IMG/VR virus record: IMGVR_UViG_3300018018_000002
Location: 6,186 to 70,185 of that record
Direction: 5' to 3' (one strand)
DNA: 64,000 nucleotides
Origin: a virus
Below are positions 45,347 through 54,730 of the stretch, one piece after another (within the stretch, counting starts at the first letter, position 1; each line of letters begins with the position of its first letter). The position numbers and the translations under genes were made by a program. Under the pieces are notes generated by a model that saw nothing but the letters and a program-made list of their open reading frames with translations, was not told where the DNA came from and ran no database searches.

Positions 45347-46549
45347 ATGAAGGGCTTCTTCGCTCGCTCAACTTTGATTCAAAAAGCTCCTCCTCCTCGG
45401 CTGCCAGCGTGTGGGGCGTGTGGATTGTATCGTTCTTGCCGCTCACCCAAGATGAAACCCTTTGGGAGGGGTGAGCGGCGCGTGCTTGTGGTAGGGGAGG
45501 CACCGGGAGAGACGGAGGATGTAGAAGGGATACAGTTCGTGGGCAAGGTCGGAAGCTATCTTCGGGACATGTTAGATCGGGTAGCAGGGGTTGAACTCCA
45601 TCAGGACTGTTGGACAACGAACGCTCTGATCTGTCGGCCGCCCGGAAACAAGATCACCAGTGAGATGATGATTGACCATTGCCGCCCGAATCTGGTCGAC
45701 ACGGTAGAGCAGTTAGAGCCGGACGTGATCTTGCTGCTAGGCTTTGCTGCGGTCAAGAGCCTGATTGGTGGAGTATGGAATGACAATCCGGGCCCCATTA
45801 GTCGCTGGGCCGGTTGGAGAATTCCTAGTCAGAAACCAAATGCTTGGATTTGTCCAACCTACCACCCGAGCTACATTCTCAAACGGCATGATGAAGTTCT
45901 GGAGGCAACCTTCTTACAGCACTTGCATGAAGCCTTTGAATTGCGGGGGCGGCCCTGGGACAAGGTTCCTAATTATGAGCAACAGGTCGAGGTGCTGTTT
46001 GATGTAGTTGAAGCAGCCCGGATCCTTCGGGAAATGGCCAGACGTGGGGGGCGGGTCGCCTTTGATTATGAGGCCAACTGCTTGAAGCCTGAGTACCCTG
46101 GGGCCCAAATCCTGTGCGCGTCGGCTTGTTGGGAAGGGAAGAAGACCATTGCCTATCCTTGGCAGGGTGAGGCGATTGAGGCTACTAAGGAACTGCTCCA
46201 TGCTGACAACTGCTACTTCATTGCTTCGATGTTGAAGTTTGAAAATCGTTGGACTAATTGGGCATTTGGTCGTGGCGTGCGACACTGGTTGCATGATACG
46301 GTGATTGGGGCCCATGTACTTGATAATCGCCGGCACATTAGCGGGCTCAAATTTCAAGCCTACATCTACCTCGGGATGCCGGCTTATGATGAAGTGATTC
46401 GGGAGTTCATGCAGAGTCAGGAAGGGAGCAAGCTAAACCTGCTGAAAGAAGAAGTGGAATTGCGTCAACTGCTGCTATATTGCGGGACAGATACTCTGAT
46501 GGAGTTCTTGGTAGCAGATAAACAGATAATGCAGTTAGGGAAATCCTAA
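45347..46549 (+). CDS. family-4 uracil-DNA-glycosylase-like domain fused to a PolA 3'-5' exonuclease domain
   Basis: CxxC, GEAPG, CRPPGN, YHPSY; ExoI 'AFDYE', 'HDT', ExoIII 'YCGTD'. Confidence 0.88.
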   Translation: MKGFFARSTLIQKAPPPRLPACGACGLYRSCRSPKMKPFGRGERRVLVVGEAPGETEDVEGIQFVGKVGSYLRDMLDRVAGVELHQDCWTTNALICRPPGNKITSEMMIDHCRPNLVDTVEQLEPDVILLLGFAAVKSLIGGVWNDNPGPISRWAGWRIPSQKPNAWICPTYHPSYILKRHDEVLEATFLQHLHEAFELRGRPWDKVPNYEQQVEVLFDVVEAARILREMARRGGRVAFDYEANCLKPEYPGAQILCASACWEGKKTIAYPWQGEAIEATKELLHADNCYFIASMLKFENRWTNWAFGRGVRHWLHDTVIGAHVLDNRRHISGLKFQAYIYLGMPAYDEVIREFMQSQEGSKLNLLKEEVELRQLLLYCGTDTLMEFLVADKQIMQLGKS

Positions 46550-46551
46550 TC

Positions 46552-48075
46552 ATGGAACCAGTTGACCATCCCGGTTATCGTTTGCTGCATGAGGGCCAGA
46601 TCGCCCTGACCTATGTTGAAGCGGCTGGTATGAGGGTCGATGTGGACTACCTTAATCGGATGAGCAAGCAGTCCAAGGAGGAAATTGCTAAGTTGGAACA
46701 TCGCCTCTATGAAACTAAGCAATGGACAGCATGGCGACAGCGATATGGGGACCGAGCTAATCTTCAATCGGATGTTCAGCTAGGAGTGGTGCTCTTTGAG
46801 GTGCTTAAATACCCGGTGCGGCAAGAGGATCGCACGGAGTCCGGAGAGCGGTTCTCTACTGATGCTACTATCCTCGAACGGATTAAGGACCCATTCATTG
46901 AGGATTTGCTGAAGCTGGGTAAATTGCAAAAGGCGCATGGAACATATCTCAAGCAAATCCAACGTGAGCTGGTTGGAGATAGGATTCATCCTCAGTTCAA
47001 TTTGCATATCCCTGTCACCTATCGTTCCTCTTCCGATACGCCCAATTTCCAAAACATTCCTATTCGGGATCCGGAGGTCTCAAAGCTCATTCGCACTGGA
47101 TTCATTGCGAGTGATGATTGCGTCCTAGTTGAGAGTGATCTCCGAGGGGCTGAAGTGGTCATGGCGACGTGTTATCATCGAGACCCGACCATGATTACCT
47201 ACCTGAAGGATCGAACTAAGGACATGCACCGGGACATGGCCGCCCAACTCTATCTGATTCCGGTGGAGTGGGTGGAAGAGCATGGTAAGCTTCATCGATA
47301 TGGGGCGAAGAACAAATTCGTATTCCCCGAATTCTACAACAGCTTCTTCATGCAGTGTGCCCCAGAGTTGTGGGAGTGGGCCGATCAGGCGAAGCTGCAA
47401 GCGCCGGGAGGGATAACCCTGCGCCAGCATCTTGATCGGGAGTTTCCATGGGGATTAGGTGATTGTGATACGAGCAAAGATCCACTTCCTAAAGTGATTG
47501 ACGGAACTTTCGTGGCGCATATCCAGGAGGTGGAGGATGATTTCTGGCACAGGCGCTTTAAGGTTTATGGCCAATGGAAGTTGGATTGGTATAGGCTGTA
47601 TTTAGAGAAAGGGTATTTCGAGACGCTTACTGGTTTCCGGATTGCGGGGACAATGGATAGGAACCAGGTGATCAATTATCCAATTCAAGGTTCGGCCTTT
47701 CACTGCTTGCTCTGGATATTGATTCGCTTAGTCAAAGAGCTTCGTCGGCGCAAAATGCGGTCACAGGTGGTAGGACAGATTCATGATTCGATTATCGCAG
47801 ATGTGAGGCAAGATGAGTTGAGCGAGTATCTTCATATTCTGCAGCGAATCGCAGTGGAGGACATTCGTAAGGAATATACCTGGTTGGTTGTCCCGCTGGA
47901 GATTGAGAATGAGATCTGCCCCCCAAATGGGTCGTGGTATGATAAGAAGCCATTTGATTTTAAGGGTCAGAGATTTCGCATCAGTCCAGAAGGAGAAGAG
48001 GATTCCAGAATCTTTTCCAATCAGTGGGACTTCCTATCCTACTTAGCTGCTGAACATAGGACTAGCCATGACTGA
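46552..48075 (+). CDS. DNA polymerase family A, polymerase domain
   Basis: 'TYRSSSDTPNFQNIP', motif A 'DLRGAE', motif B 'RYGAKNKFVFPEFY', 'NYPIQGSA', motif C 'QIHDS'. Confidence 0.92.
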   Translation: MEPVDHPGYRLLHEGQIALTYVEAAGMRVDVDYLNRMSKQSKEEIAKLEHRLYETKQWTAWRQRYGDRANLQSDVQLGVVLFEVLKYPVRQEDRTESGERFSTDATILERIKDPFIEDLLKLGKLQKAHGTYLKQIQRELVGDRIHPQFNLHIPVTYRSSSDTPNFQNIPIRDPEVSKLIRTGFIASDDCVLVESDLRGAEVVMATCYHRDPTMITYLKDRTKDMHRDMAAQLYLIPVEWVEEHGKLHRYGAKNKFVFPEFYNSFFMQCAPELWEWADQAKLQAPGGITLRQHLDREFPWGLGDCDTSKDPLPKVIDGTFVAHIQEVEDDFWHRRFKVYGQWKLDWYRLYLEKGYFETLTGFRIAGTMDRNQVINYPIQGSAFHCLLWILIRLVKELRRRKMRSQVVGQIHDSIIADVRQDELSEYLHILQRIAVEDIRKEYTWLVVPLEIENEICPPNGSWYDKKPFDFKGQRFRISPEGEEDSRIFSNQWDFLSYLAAEHRTSHD

Positions 48076-48988
48076 ATTCCATCGCCTTTATCGCCCAGCT
48101 CTGTTTAAGGACGTGATCGGACAGGAGGAAGCCGTTCGGATGCTGTCCGACTTCCTTAAGCAGAAGCGGATGCCTCACGCGCTGTTGCTGTATGGGCCTT
48201 CCGGCTGTGGCAAGACTACCCTTGCTCGCATCATCAAGAGCAAGCTGAATTGTGATGATGGAGACTTTGCCGAATACAATGCAGCGGAGACCAGGGGTAT
48301 CGATACAATCCGGGAGGTCAAGCAGCGGGCTGGACTTGCCCCTTTGTGGGGAGGGGTCAGGATGTTCTTATTTGATGAAGCCCATAAGCTCAGCAGTGAC
48401 GCGCAGAATGCCCTGTTGAAGATCCTTGAGGACACACCTCGGCACGTTTACTTCATCCTTGCGACCACTGAGCCAGAGAAGCTCATCCCGACTATTCGAA
48501 ACCGATGCACAGATGTTAGGGTCAAGGCGCTGTCGGTCGCGTGTCTCGAAGAGTTGGTGGGGCGTGTCTGTGCGTCTGAGGGCAAGCGGTTGGATGAGGA
48601 GGTGAGGGACAGGATTGTAGAGTATGCTGATGGGAGCGCCCGTCGGGTTTTGTCAATTCTGCATGCCATCATCAACTTCCCGGACAAGCAGGATCAGCTA
48701 GATACCATTGTCAAAGGGGACGTGCGGACGAAGGCAATTGAGTTGGCCCGGTTGTTGATCTTTTCTCAGCCTCAGTGGAAGGAGGTGGCCGCAATGCTGC
48801 AAACGCTTGATGAGGATCCAGAGACGCTGCGTCGCATGATCTTGTCCTACACTACGAAGGTCTTACTTCAAGGTGGGAAGGGGGAAGGACGTGCGTTCTT
48901 TCTCATTGATGTGTTTAAGGAATCGTTCTTTACCTCCGGGAGGGCAGGGCTGATTGCTGCTTGTTATGCTGTGACCACATCTAAGTGA
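48068..48988 (+). CDS. clamp loader (DnaX gamma/tau-like AAA+)
   Basis: 'YRP..F.DVIGQ', GPSGCGKTT, DEAH, 'NALLKILE', 'TIRNRC'. Confidence 0.92.
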   Translation: MTEFHRLYRPALFKDVIGQEEAVRMLSDFLKQKRMPHALLLYGPSGCGKTTLARIIKSKLNCDDGDFAEYNAAETRGIDTIREVKQRAGLAPLWGGVRMFLFDEAHKLSSDAQNALLKILEDTPRHVYFILATTEPEKLIPTIRNRCTDVRVKALSVACLEELVGRVCASEGKRLDEEVRDRIVEYADGSARRVLSILHAIINFPDKQDQLDTIVKGDVRTKAIELARLLIFSQPQWKEVAAMLQTLDEDPETLRRMILSYTTKVLLQGGKGEGRAFFLIDVFKESFFTSGRAGLIAACYAVTTSK

Positions 48989-49010
48989 TAATATGTAGGA
49001 AGAGACCAAT

Positions 49011-49514
49011 ATGGATCCTCGAGGTTTTTTAGCGATTGATGATCTGAAACTGGAGAAGGAATGCCAGATTCAACCCATTCTCTACGCCGAGCAGGCCAGG
49101 AGGCTGGCGGACCTGCGGCGTGACTATGATGAGGTTTCCTCGACCTATGATGTAGTAGTGGCAGAGATGGCGCGCAAGATCCGGAAGTCGCCTAAGCTCT
49201 ATGGTCTTTCTGACAAGCCCTCGGAGTGGTCGGTCAAGGAGGCAGGGCTGGTGCAGAATGAAGTTAAGGATGCGGCGAAGGATGTGCGGGATGCTCGTCA
49301 CGCCATGGATGTCCAGCAGGCTATGGTGACAGCGTTGGAGCATCGCAAGCGGGCCCTGACGCTGATGGTTGAGCTGCGGACGCAGGATTACTATTCTGAG
49401 CCGAGGGTCTCGCCGGGCCAACGTCGGGCGGTGCAAGAGGGGGACAAGGATAGAGTGAGGCGCCTGGGTCAAAGGCGGGCTGATCATAAGGAAGGAGAAG
49501 GGGAAGGCGAATGA
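49011..49514 (+). CDS. UvsY-like recombination mediator
   Basis: Helical; 'LAIDDLKLEKE', 'ALEHRKRALTLMVEL...YY'; precedes SSB and RecA. Confidence 0.6.
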   Translation: MDPRGFLAIDDLKLEKECQIQPILYAEQARRLADLRRDYDEVSSTYDVVVAEMARKIRKSPKLYGLSDKPSEWSVKEAGLVQNEVKDAAKDVRDARHAMDVQQAMVTALEHRKRALTLMVELRTQDYYSEPRVSPGQRRAVQEGDKDRVRRLGQRRADHKEGEGEGE

Positions 49515-49675
49515 CGGTTCCACAAATAATTGGGCTTGTGGCTGGAGGGCTGATCCTATTGTATGCCGGGACTAAATTGGTCACCTATGCGATCCTTTCA
49601 ACTAGGAAGCAATTCAATTTAGAACAGCAACTCAGGAAAACCAAACGCACACCAGAAAAGGAAAGAACACCATGA
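49511..49675 (+). CDS. small single-TM protein (54 aa, not in ORF track)
   Basis: MTVPQIIGLVAGGLILLYAGTKLVTYAIL...; ATGA overlaps at both ends. Confidence 0.6.
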   Translation: MTVPQIIGLVAGGLILLYAGTKLVTYAILSTRKQFNLEQQLRKTKRTPEKERTP

Positions 49676-50766
49676 GCAAGGAATATAGCTATTCCGACGC
49701 CAGAAAACGGGCGGCGGAGCATGAGCGCGAGTTCGACAGCTTTGCCTTGAAGCTGCCAAAAAACATGCCGCTCTTTCGTGTCAAGAAACCAGGCGTGATA
49801 CGGCTTGATATCATGCCTTACGTTGCGGCCAAAGGCAATCCGCACGCCGATGAAGGGATGCTTCATTATGAACGCACCTACTTCATTCATGGTCGGGTAG
49901 GCCCCGATCAGATTGGCATTGTCTGCCCAAGGGAGACCGCCGATCTGGAGGGGAATAGGCACCCTTGCCCGATCTGCGAAATGCAGCGCACGCTGAAGAT
50001 GGATCCGCAGGCTGATGACAAGCTGATCAAGAGTCTCTACCCACGCGAGCGCCAAATCTTCCAGATCATCGATGTTGAAAATCCCGACGCTGGCATCCAG
50101 CTTTGGGACATGTCCTATCATCTGTTTGGTCGTTTGCTGGACGCTCGAATTCGCGACCAGGATGAGCAGGATGCTTTCCACTTGTTTTACCATCTGAAGA
50201 AGGGCTTCACCCTCAAGATTGGATTCGTCGAGGAGTCGGCCAACAAGCGTGTCTGGTACAAGGCTGAGACCATCGATTTCAAGACTCGTGAACCCTACGG
50301 CACCAGCATGTTGGAGCAGTGTGTTTGCCTCGATGAATTGATCAAACTCTTACCGACCGCCGAGATTGAAGCGGCGTTGGAGGGAGGAGAGCGATCTGGG
50401 AGTGGAGACCAAGATCAACGTCAGCCAGCGCGTGGCCGGGGCCCAGATGGGGATCAACACCCAGCAGGTCGTGGGCGAGGCACCGATGATGAGCGTCCAA
50501 CCGGCCGGGGGCGTGATGCCGATCAGGAACGGCGTCCAGCAGCCGGTCGAGGTCGAGGGACGGATGAACCACCTGCCGGTCGGGGACGGGGTACTGATGA
50601 GGAACGTCCGACCGGTGGTAAGTCGGAGGAGGATTTCTTTAACGATGATGCTCCGGGTGAGGCGCGTCCGCGCGGTGGCCGTGGGGAAGACGCCCCCGGA
50701 TCTGACCGACGACCTTCTCCTGGATCCGGCCGCCACACGCCGGCATCCGATGGTGAGGACTGGTAA
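49672..50766 (+). CDS. single-stranded DNA-binding protein (T4 gp32-like) with repetitive tail
   Basis: 'H...VCP.......CPICE' Zn motif, 'GIQLWD', acidic C-terminus ending GEDW. Confidence 0.78.
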   Translation: MSKEYSYSDARKRAAEHEREFDSFALKLPKNMPLFRVKKPGVIRLDIMPYVAAKGNPHADEGMLHYERTYFIHGRVGPDQIGIVCPRETADLEGNRHPCPICEMQRTLKMDPQADDKLIKSLYPRERQIFQIIDVENPDAGIQLWDMSYHLFGRLLDARIRDQDEQDAFHLFYHLKKGFTLKIGFVEESANKRVWYKAETIDFKTREPYGTSMLEQCVCLDELIKLLPTAEIEAALEGGERSGSGDQDQRQPARGRGPDGDQHPAGRGRGTDDERPTGRGRDADQERRPAAGRGRGTDEPPAGRGRGTDEERPTGGKSEEDFFNDDAPGEARPRGGRGEDAPGSDRRPSPGSGRHTPASDGEDW

Positions 50767-50786
50767 CTGGACTTGTACCAGATGCT

Positions 50787-50826
50787 GGGCTGCTCACTCC
50801 ATCGGGTCTGAGCAGCCCTTCCTTTT
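50787..50826 (+). terminator. intrinsic terminator abutting the recA-like start codon
   Basis: GGGCTGCTCA-N12-TGAGCAGCCC-TTCCTTTT. Confidence 0.7.
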
Positions 50827-51924
50827 ATGGCTAACGATACAGAGAGCATCAAGGAGCAGCTAAGGGCACGCACGGCGCCCTTAACCTTTAAGTCATCTGA
50901 TCTGCTCAGCACCGGCTTCGCGCTGCTCAATTTGGCTTGCACTGGCCGGGCGTGTGGTGGTTTTCCCAAGGGCAAGTACATCTTCTTCGTTGGGGATAGT
51001 GACAGTGGAAAGACGTGGATTTGTCTTACCTGCATGGCTGAGGCGTCACAAAACCCTGACTTCAAGAACTATGTCTTCGTTTATGACAACGTGGAAGATG
51101 GTGCGTTGATGAGCATTGAATACTTCTTTGGCAAGGCCCTGGCTGCCCGCCTTCGACCGCCGGCGAAGGATGGGAAGGGCAATCCAATTTACTCCACGAC
51201 AGTCGAGAGCTTCTATTACCATCTCGATGATTGCTTGGCCAAGGCGCGTCGTACTGGCAAGCCTTTCATCTACGTCCTTGATTCGCAGGACTCTCTGACC
51301 AGTCATGCTGCTAATGAGAAGTTTTCCGAGCAGAAGGAGTCATTTGAAAAGGGACGGGAGCAGATTGGCAGTTATGGGGATGGTAAGGCCAAAGTTCATT
51401 CCGAGAATATCCGGAGGGTGCTGATCGGCTTGCGTGAGACTGGCTCCATCCTGATCGTTATTGGGCAGACGCGTGACAACCTTGGCTTTGGGATGGAGAC
51501 CAAGACCCGCAGTGGTGGTCGGGCCCTCAAGTTCTACGCCGCCGTGGAGATCTGGAGTTCGATCAAGGAGAAGATTCGGAGGCGGGTCAAAGGGAAGGAT
51601 CGGCAAGTTGGTATTGTCGCTCGGATTAAAATTAAGCGCAATCGAATCACTGGCAAGGATCCCGAAATCCTCGTCCCAATCTATGATAGTTATGGATTGG
51701 ATGATATTGGGTCTTGCGTGAGCTTCCTAATTGAGGAGAAACATTGGGGCGTGGAGAAGGGGGTGGTCTCTGCGAAGGGATTTGGCTTCGCCGGCACTGA
51801 AGAGGAACTCATTCATTACATCGAGGAGAAGCACCTTGAACTGGACTTGCGCGACCTAGTGGAAGAGGTCTGGAATGAGATTGAGGAGGCATGTGCGATC
51901 AAACGCCAACCCCGTTATCTATGA
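50827..51924 (+). CDS. RecA/UvsX-like recombinase
   Basis: 'LSTG', GDSDSGKT, 'VLDS', 'GGRALKFYA', 'KRNRI'. Confidence 0.9.
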   Translation: MANDTESIKEQLRARTAPLTFKSSDLLSTGFALLNLACTGRACGGFPKGKYIFFVGDSDSGKTWICLTCMAEASQNPDFKNYVFVYDNVEDGALMSIEYFFGKALAARLRPPAKDGKGNPIYSTTVESFYYHLDDCLAKARRTGKPFIYVLDSQDSLTSHAANEKFSEQKESFEKGREQIGSYGDGKAKVHSENIRRVLIGLRETGSILIVIGQTRDNLGFGMETKTRSGGRALKFYAAVEIWSSIKEKIRRRVKGKDRQVGIVARIKIKRNRITGKDPEILVPIYDSYGLDDIGSCVSFLIEEKHWGVEKGVVSAKGFGFAGTEEELIHYIEEKHLELDLRDLVEEVWNEIEEACAIKRQPRYL

Positions 51925-52175
51925 GAGATATTGAAATATCGTTAGAACGCTGCGTTTCCTATCGACTGTTCGATATTAAAAACAACAAGTGGTTAGAGAT
52001 GCAGTTCATTGTAGAGTCTGAGTGGAATGGTTTGGTCAAGTTCAGGGCCATAAGTTCTCCGAACCTGACCTTTATTTGTGCGGCGAACCTAAACCCCACC
52101 AACTTCACCAATCATTTATTGGGAACGAGGATTGTGATGGCCTCTCCCGAAATGATAGCCCTACTGGTTCCATGA
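51921..52175 (+). CDS. hypothetical protein (AT-richer)
   Basis: ATGA-coupled on both sides. Confidence 0.55.
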   Translation: MRDIEISLERCVSYRLFDIKNNKWLEMQFIVESEWNGLVKFRAISSPNLTFICAANLNPTNFTNHLLGTRIVMASPEMIALLVP

Positions 52176-53074
52176 TCGGACCCTGGCTTTTGCTCGATTG
52201 TCATTACTTGGCGTGGCGCTCCTATCACACCACCGGCGTCTTGTCCTACGGGGACATTCAGACCGGGGTCCTCTTCGGCTTCTTCAAGCAGTTGATTACT
52301 CTCAAGCTGCAATTCACGACCGACAAGGTGGCCTTCTGCTTTGAGGCAGGGGAGAGCAAGCGTAAGCTTCTGTTCCCAGGGTATAAGCATCACCGACACT
52401 CTAAGCCCATGACGGAAGAGGAGGCTATGCTCATCGGGGCGTTTCATCACCAAATCAGGTTGCTGCGGGAGGAGTATCTGCCCAGGATCGGGTTTGTCAA
52501 CGTCTTCGCCGAGCGCGGTTATGAGTCAGATGATATCATTGCCTCGATCACTAAAACGCTGCCATGTGAGGAGGAGGCGGTCATCATCAGCAGTGATCGG
52601 GACTTTTTCCAACTCCTGCGCGGTAACGTGAGCATGTACGATCCCAAGCAGCGCAAAATGAATACGCTCCAATCTTTTCGGCAGGAGACAGGGCTGGTCC
52701 CACCACAATGGGCCAAGGTGCTAGCGATTGCCGGGTGCAAGACGGACGAGGTGCCCGGAATCCCTCGAATTGGGAAGAAAACCGCAATCAAGTACCTAAC
52801 CGACCGGTTAAAGCCCAATTCCAGCGCGTTTTCGCTCATCAAGCAGGGTTGGGACGGGGTAGTGCTACGCAACAAGCCCCTAGTCCTACTTCCCTTTGCT
52901 AAGACGCCGAAATACGTCCTAGCGCCAGATCACATCTCTGAGCAGGGTTGGGGTGAGGTCTGTGCTGAGTTGGGGCTTAGAACCCTGCGAAATAGCATTC
53001 CGCTTCTCTCTCGTCTCCGAAGCCCTCATGAACCCATTCCCAAATATCGTCCTCAGCTCGTACCTAGGGCCTGA
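52172..53074 (+). CDS. 5'-3' exonuclease/flap endonuclease (T4 RNase H-like)
   Basis: 'YK..R', 'YESDDII', 'SSDRDFFQL', 'DEVPGIPRIGKKTA' H3TH. Confidence 0.9.
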   Translation: MIGPWLLLDCHYLAWRSYHTTGVLSYGDIQTGVLFGFFKQLITLKLQFTTDKVAFCFEAGESKRKLLFPGYKHHRHSKPMTEEEAMLIGAFHHQIRLLREEYLPRIGFVNVFAERGYESDDIIASITKTLPCEEEAVIISSDRDFFQLLRGNVSMYDPKQRKMNTLQSFRQETGLVPPQWAKVLAIAGCKTDEVPGIPRIGKKTAIKYLTDRLKPNSSAFSLIKQGWDGVVLRNKPLVLLPFAKTPKYVLAPDHISEQGWGEVCAELGLRTLRNSIPLLSRLRSPHEPIPKYRPQLVPRA

Positions 53075-54065
53075 TTCGGAACGTCGGGTCAAGCGATTGA
53101 AGTGGCATCTGAAGGCACGCGCCCAACTACATGAACTCTACCCCGATCTTCGGGTGCTGTCGATCTGCTCCGATTACAGTCCGGAGGAAGAGCAGGCGAT
53201 GAAGGGATGGGATTGCATATTTCTGCCCGAGAGAACCTTGCGGTGGAAGAAGCAGAACCTGGTCTTGAAAGAGCTCTATGCGCGGCGCAGGAATGAAGCA
53301 GTCCTGCTGCTTGACGATGATATTGTCCCAGTTGATCGAGAAGGTGGGATGGAAGACTCAACCAAGTATCTCTATGAGCTGCTGGTCAATCCAGGGATCA
53401 GCCCAGCCCCTTGCCTTTACTTCATCTGCTATGAAGTGGTCGGGGGATACTATTTCCAAAAGCTGCAAGGGAAGGGTGACTACGTGGCTGCCCCGATGGG
53501 CGTTACCGGATGGGGCACCTGGGTGCGGAGTGACCTCGGCGTACTCTTTGAGGAGAAGGATGTGGTTAATCCTGAGGTTGGACCGGCTTTAGATGATACT
53601 CCTGTCCTGCGCGCCAAGTGCATGGAGATGGGCAAGCGAGTCCTACGCTGCAATCGGGTCCTGCTGTCCACGTACCAACACAAGGATGAGCAGTCCGCCT
53701 GGTTTAAGGATCGGGAGCATCGCAAGCTGATTATCCAGCGCACGCGCGAACATCTGCTGCGCCGCTTCCCATTGCTCTTCTATCGGGATGGGGAGGGGGA
53801 GATTAGCTCTGTCACCAAACGGTCTCTGCTTGGTCATCCAGGAGGGGAAGGACAGGTTGGGCAGATTGACACTGCGTTGATCGTGAATAGTCCAATCAGT
53901 TTTGATCAAATTGAGGCCCTGACTGGACTGAGTCGGGAGGCGATTAGCTATCACATTTGGCACATCAAAAACCATCACCCTAACTGGGTCCTCGAGCAGG
54001 TGGACAATACCTACCAGCTGGTTCCCCAAAAGCAGGTGCATGGACGGGCCAAGCTCTTTGCATGA
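53028..54065 (+). CDS. GT-A fold glycosyltransferase-like protein with C-terminal winged HTH
   Basis: 'VLLLDDDI'; 'LDD......C...GKRVLRCN'; C-terminal 'ISFDQIEALTGLSREAISYHIWHI'. Confidence 0.6.
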   Translation: MNPFPNIVLSSYLGPDSERRVKRLKWHLKARAQLHELYPDLRVLSICSDYSPEEEQAMKGWDCIFLPERTLRWKKQNLVLKELYARRRNEAVLLLDDDIVPVDREGGMEDSTKYLYELLVNPGISPAPCLYFICYEVVGGYYFQKLQGKGDYVAAPMGVTGWGTWVRSDLGVLFEEKDVVNPEVGPALDDTPVLRAKCMEMGKRVLRCNRVLLSTYQHKDEQSAWFKDREHRKLIIQRTREHLLRRFPLLFYRDGEGEISSVTKRSLLGHPGGEGQVGQIDTALIVNSPISFDQIEALTGLSREAISYHIWHIKNHHPNWVLEQVDNTYQLVPQKQVHGRAKLFA

Positions 54066-54622
54066 AACATCCAAGTCACAAAGGATCAGGATTCGAACGA
54101 TACATCTGCAAGCTGCTTTCCCAATGGTGGACTAAGGGCGAGCGGGATGATGTATTTTGGCGGGCCAGCACCAGTGGGGGTCGGGCTACGATCCGAGGCA
54201 GAAAAGGGAAGAAGACCTTCGGCGGGTATGGTGACGTAACGGCCATGGATCCGGCTGGAACCCCGCTTCTCGAGGTCTTCACCATTGAAGCGAAGCGTGG
54301 TTACTTTCATGCCCACATCGCCGAGCTATTTGATCACAAGCCACGTCGCAAGCCGGGGCCTTTTGCCTGTTTTGTACAACAGGCAATCAATGCGCACAAA
54401 GCCGCCGGATCCAAGGGTTGGATGCTCATTCACCAACGGGACAAGTGCGAGGCGATGGTCTATTTCCCATACTCACTTTGGAAGGAGCTTGGTGGGGTGC
54501 CGACGTGTCCGCTCCTTCACCTGCGCTGCATGTTAGCAAATGAAATTGTTTCATTCGTTGGAATGCGCTTCGGGGATTTCTGCATGACGGTGACCCCTTC
54601 CCAGGTGAAAGAGTTGGTGTAA
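54062..54622 (+). CDS. Holliday junction resolvase (Hjc-like PD-(D/E)XK)
   Basis: 'KGSGFER', 'SGG', 'GDV', 'IEAKR'. Confidence 0.82.
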   Translation: MKHPSHKGSGFERYICKLLSQWWTKGERDDVFWRASTSGGRATIRGRKGKKTFGGYGDVTAMDPAGTPLLEVFTIEAKRGYFHAHIAELFDHKPRRKPGPFACFVQQAINAHKAAGSKGWMLIHQRDKCEAMVYFPYSLWKELGGVPTCPLLHLRCMLANEIVSFVGMRFGDFCMTVTPSQVKELV

Positions 54623-54660
54623 ATCACGCTCTTGCAGTAGCTTCTGTGGATTGAAATAAC

Positions 54661-54696
54661 TTGCTTTTGAGCGGGTGCTCTGTTAGCTTTCTAACA
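54661..54696 (+). promoter_or_regulatory. sigma70-type promoter overlapped by palindrome TGTTAGCTTTCTAACA
   Basis: TTGCTT-17nt-TAGCTT with extended TG; palindrome at 54681-54696. Confidence 0.6.
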
Positions 54697-54730
54697 TAGC
54701 AGTTCAACATCCACAACCATAAGGAGCACT

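Noticed and set aside
46535-46554. Programmed frameshift joining UDG-exonuclease and polymerase ORFs (TTA GGG AAA TCC TAA)
   Set aside because: GGGAAAT is not in the XXXYYYZ register of the upstream frame, and the second ORF has its own ATG.
50400-50620. CRISPR-like repeats
   Set aside because: Degenerate in-frame coding repeats of the SSB tail, without constant repeat/spacer structure.
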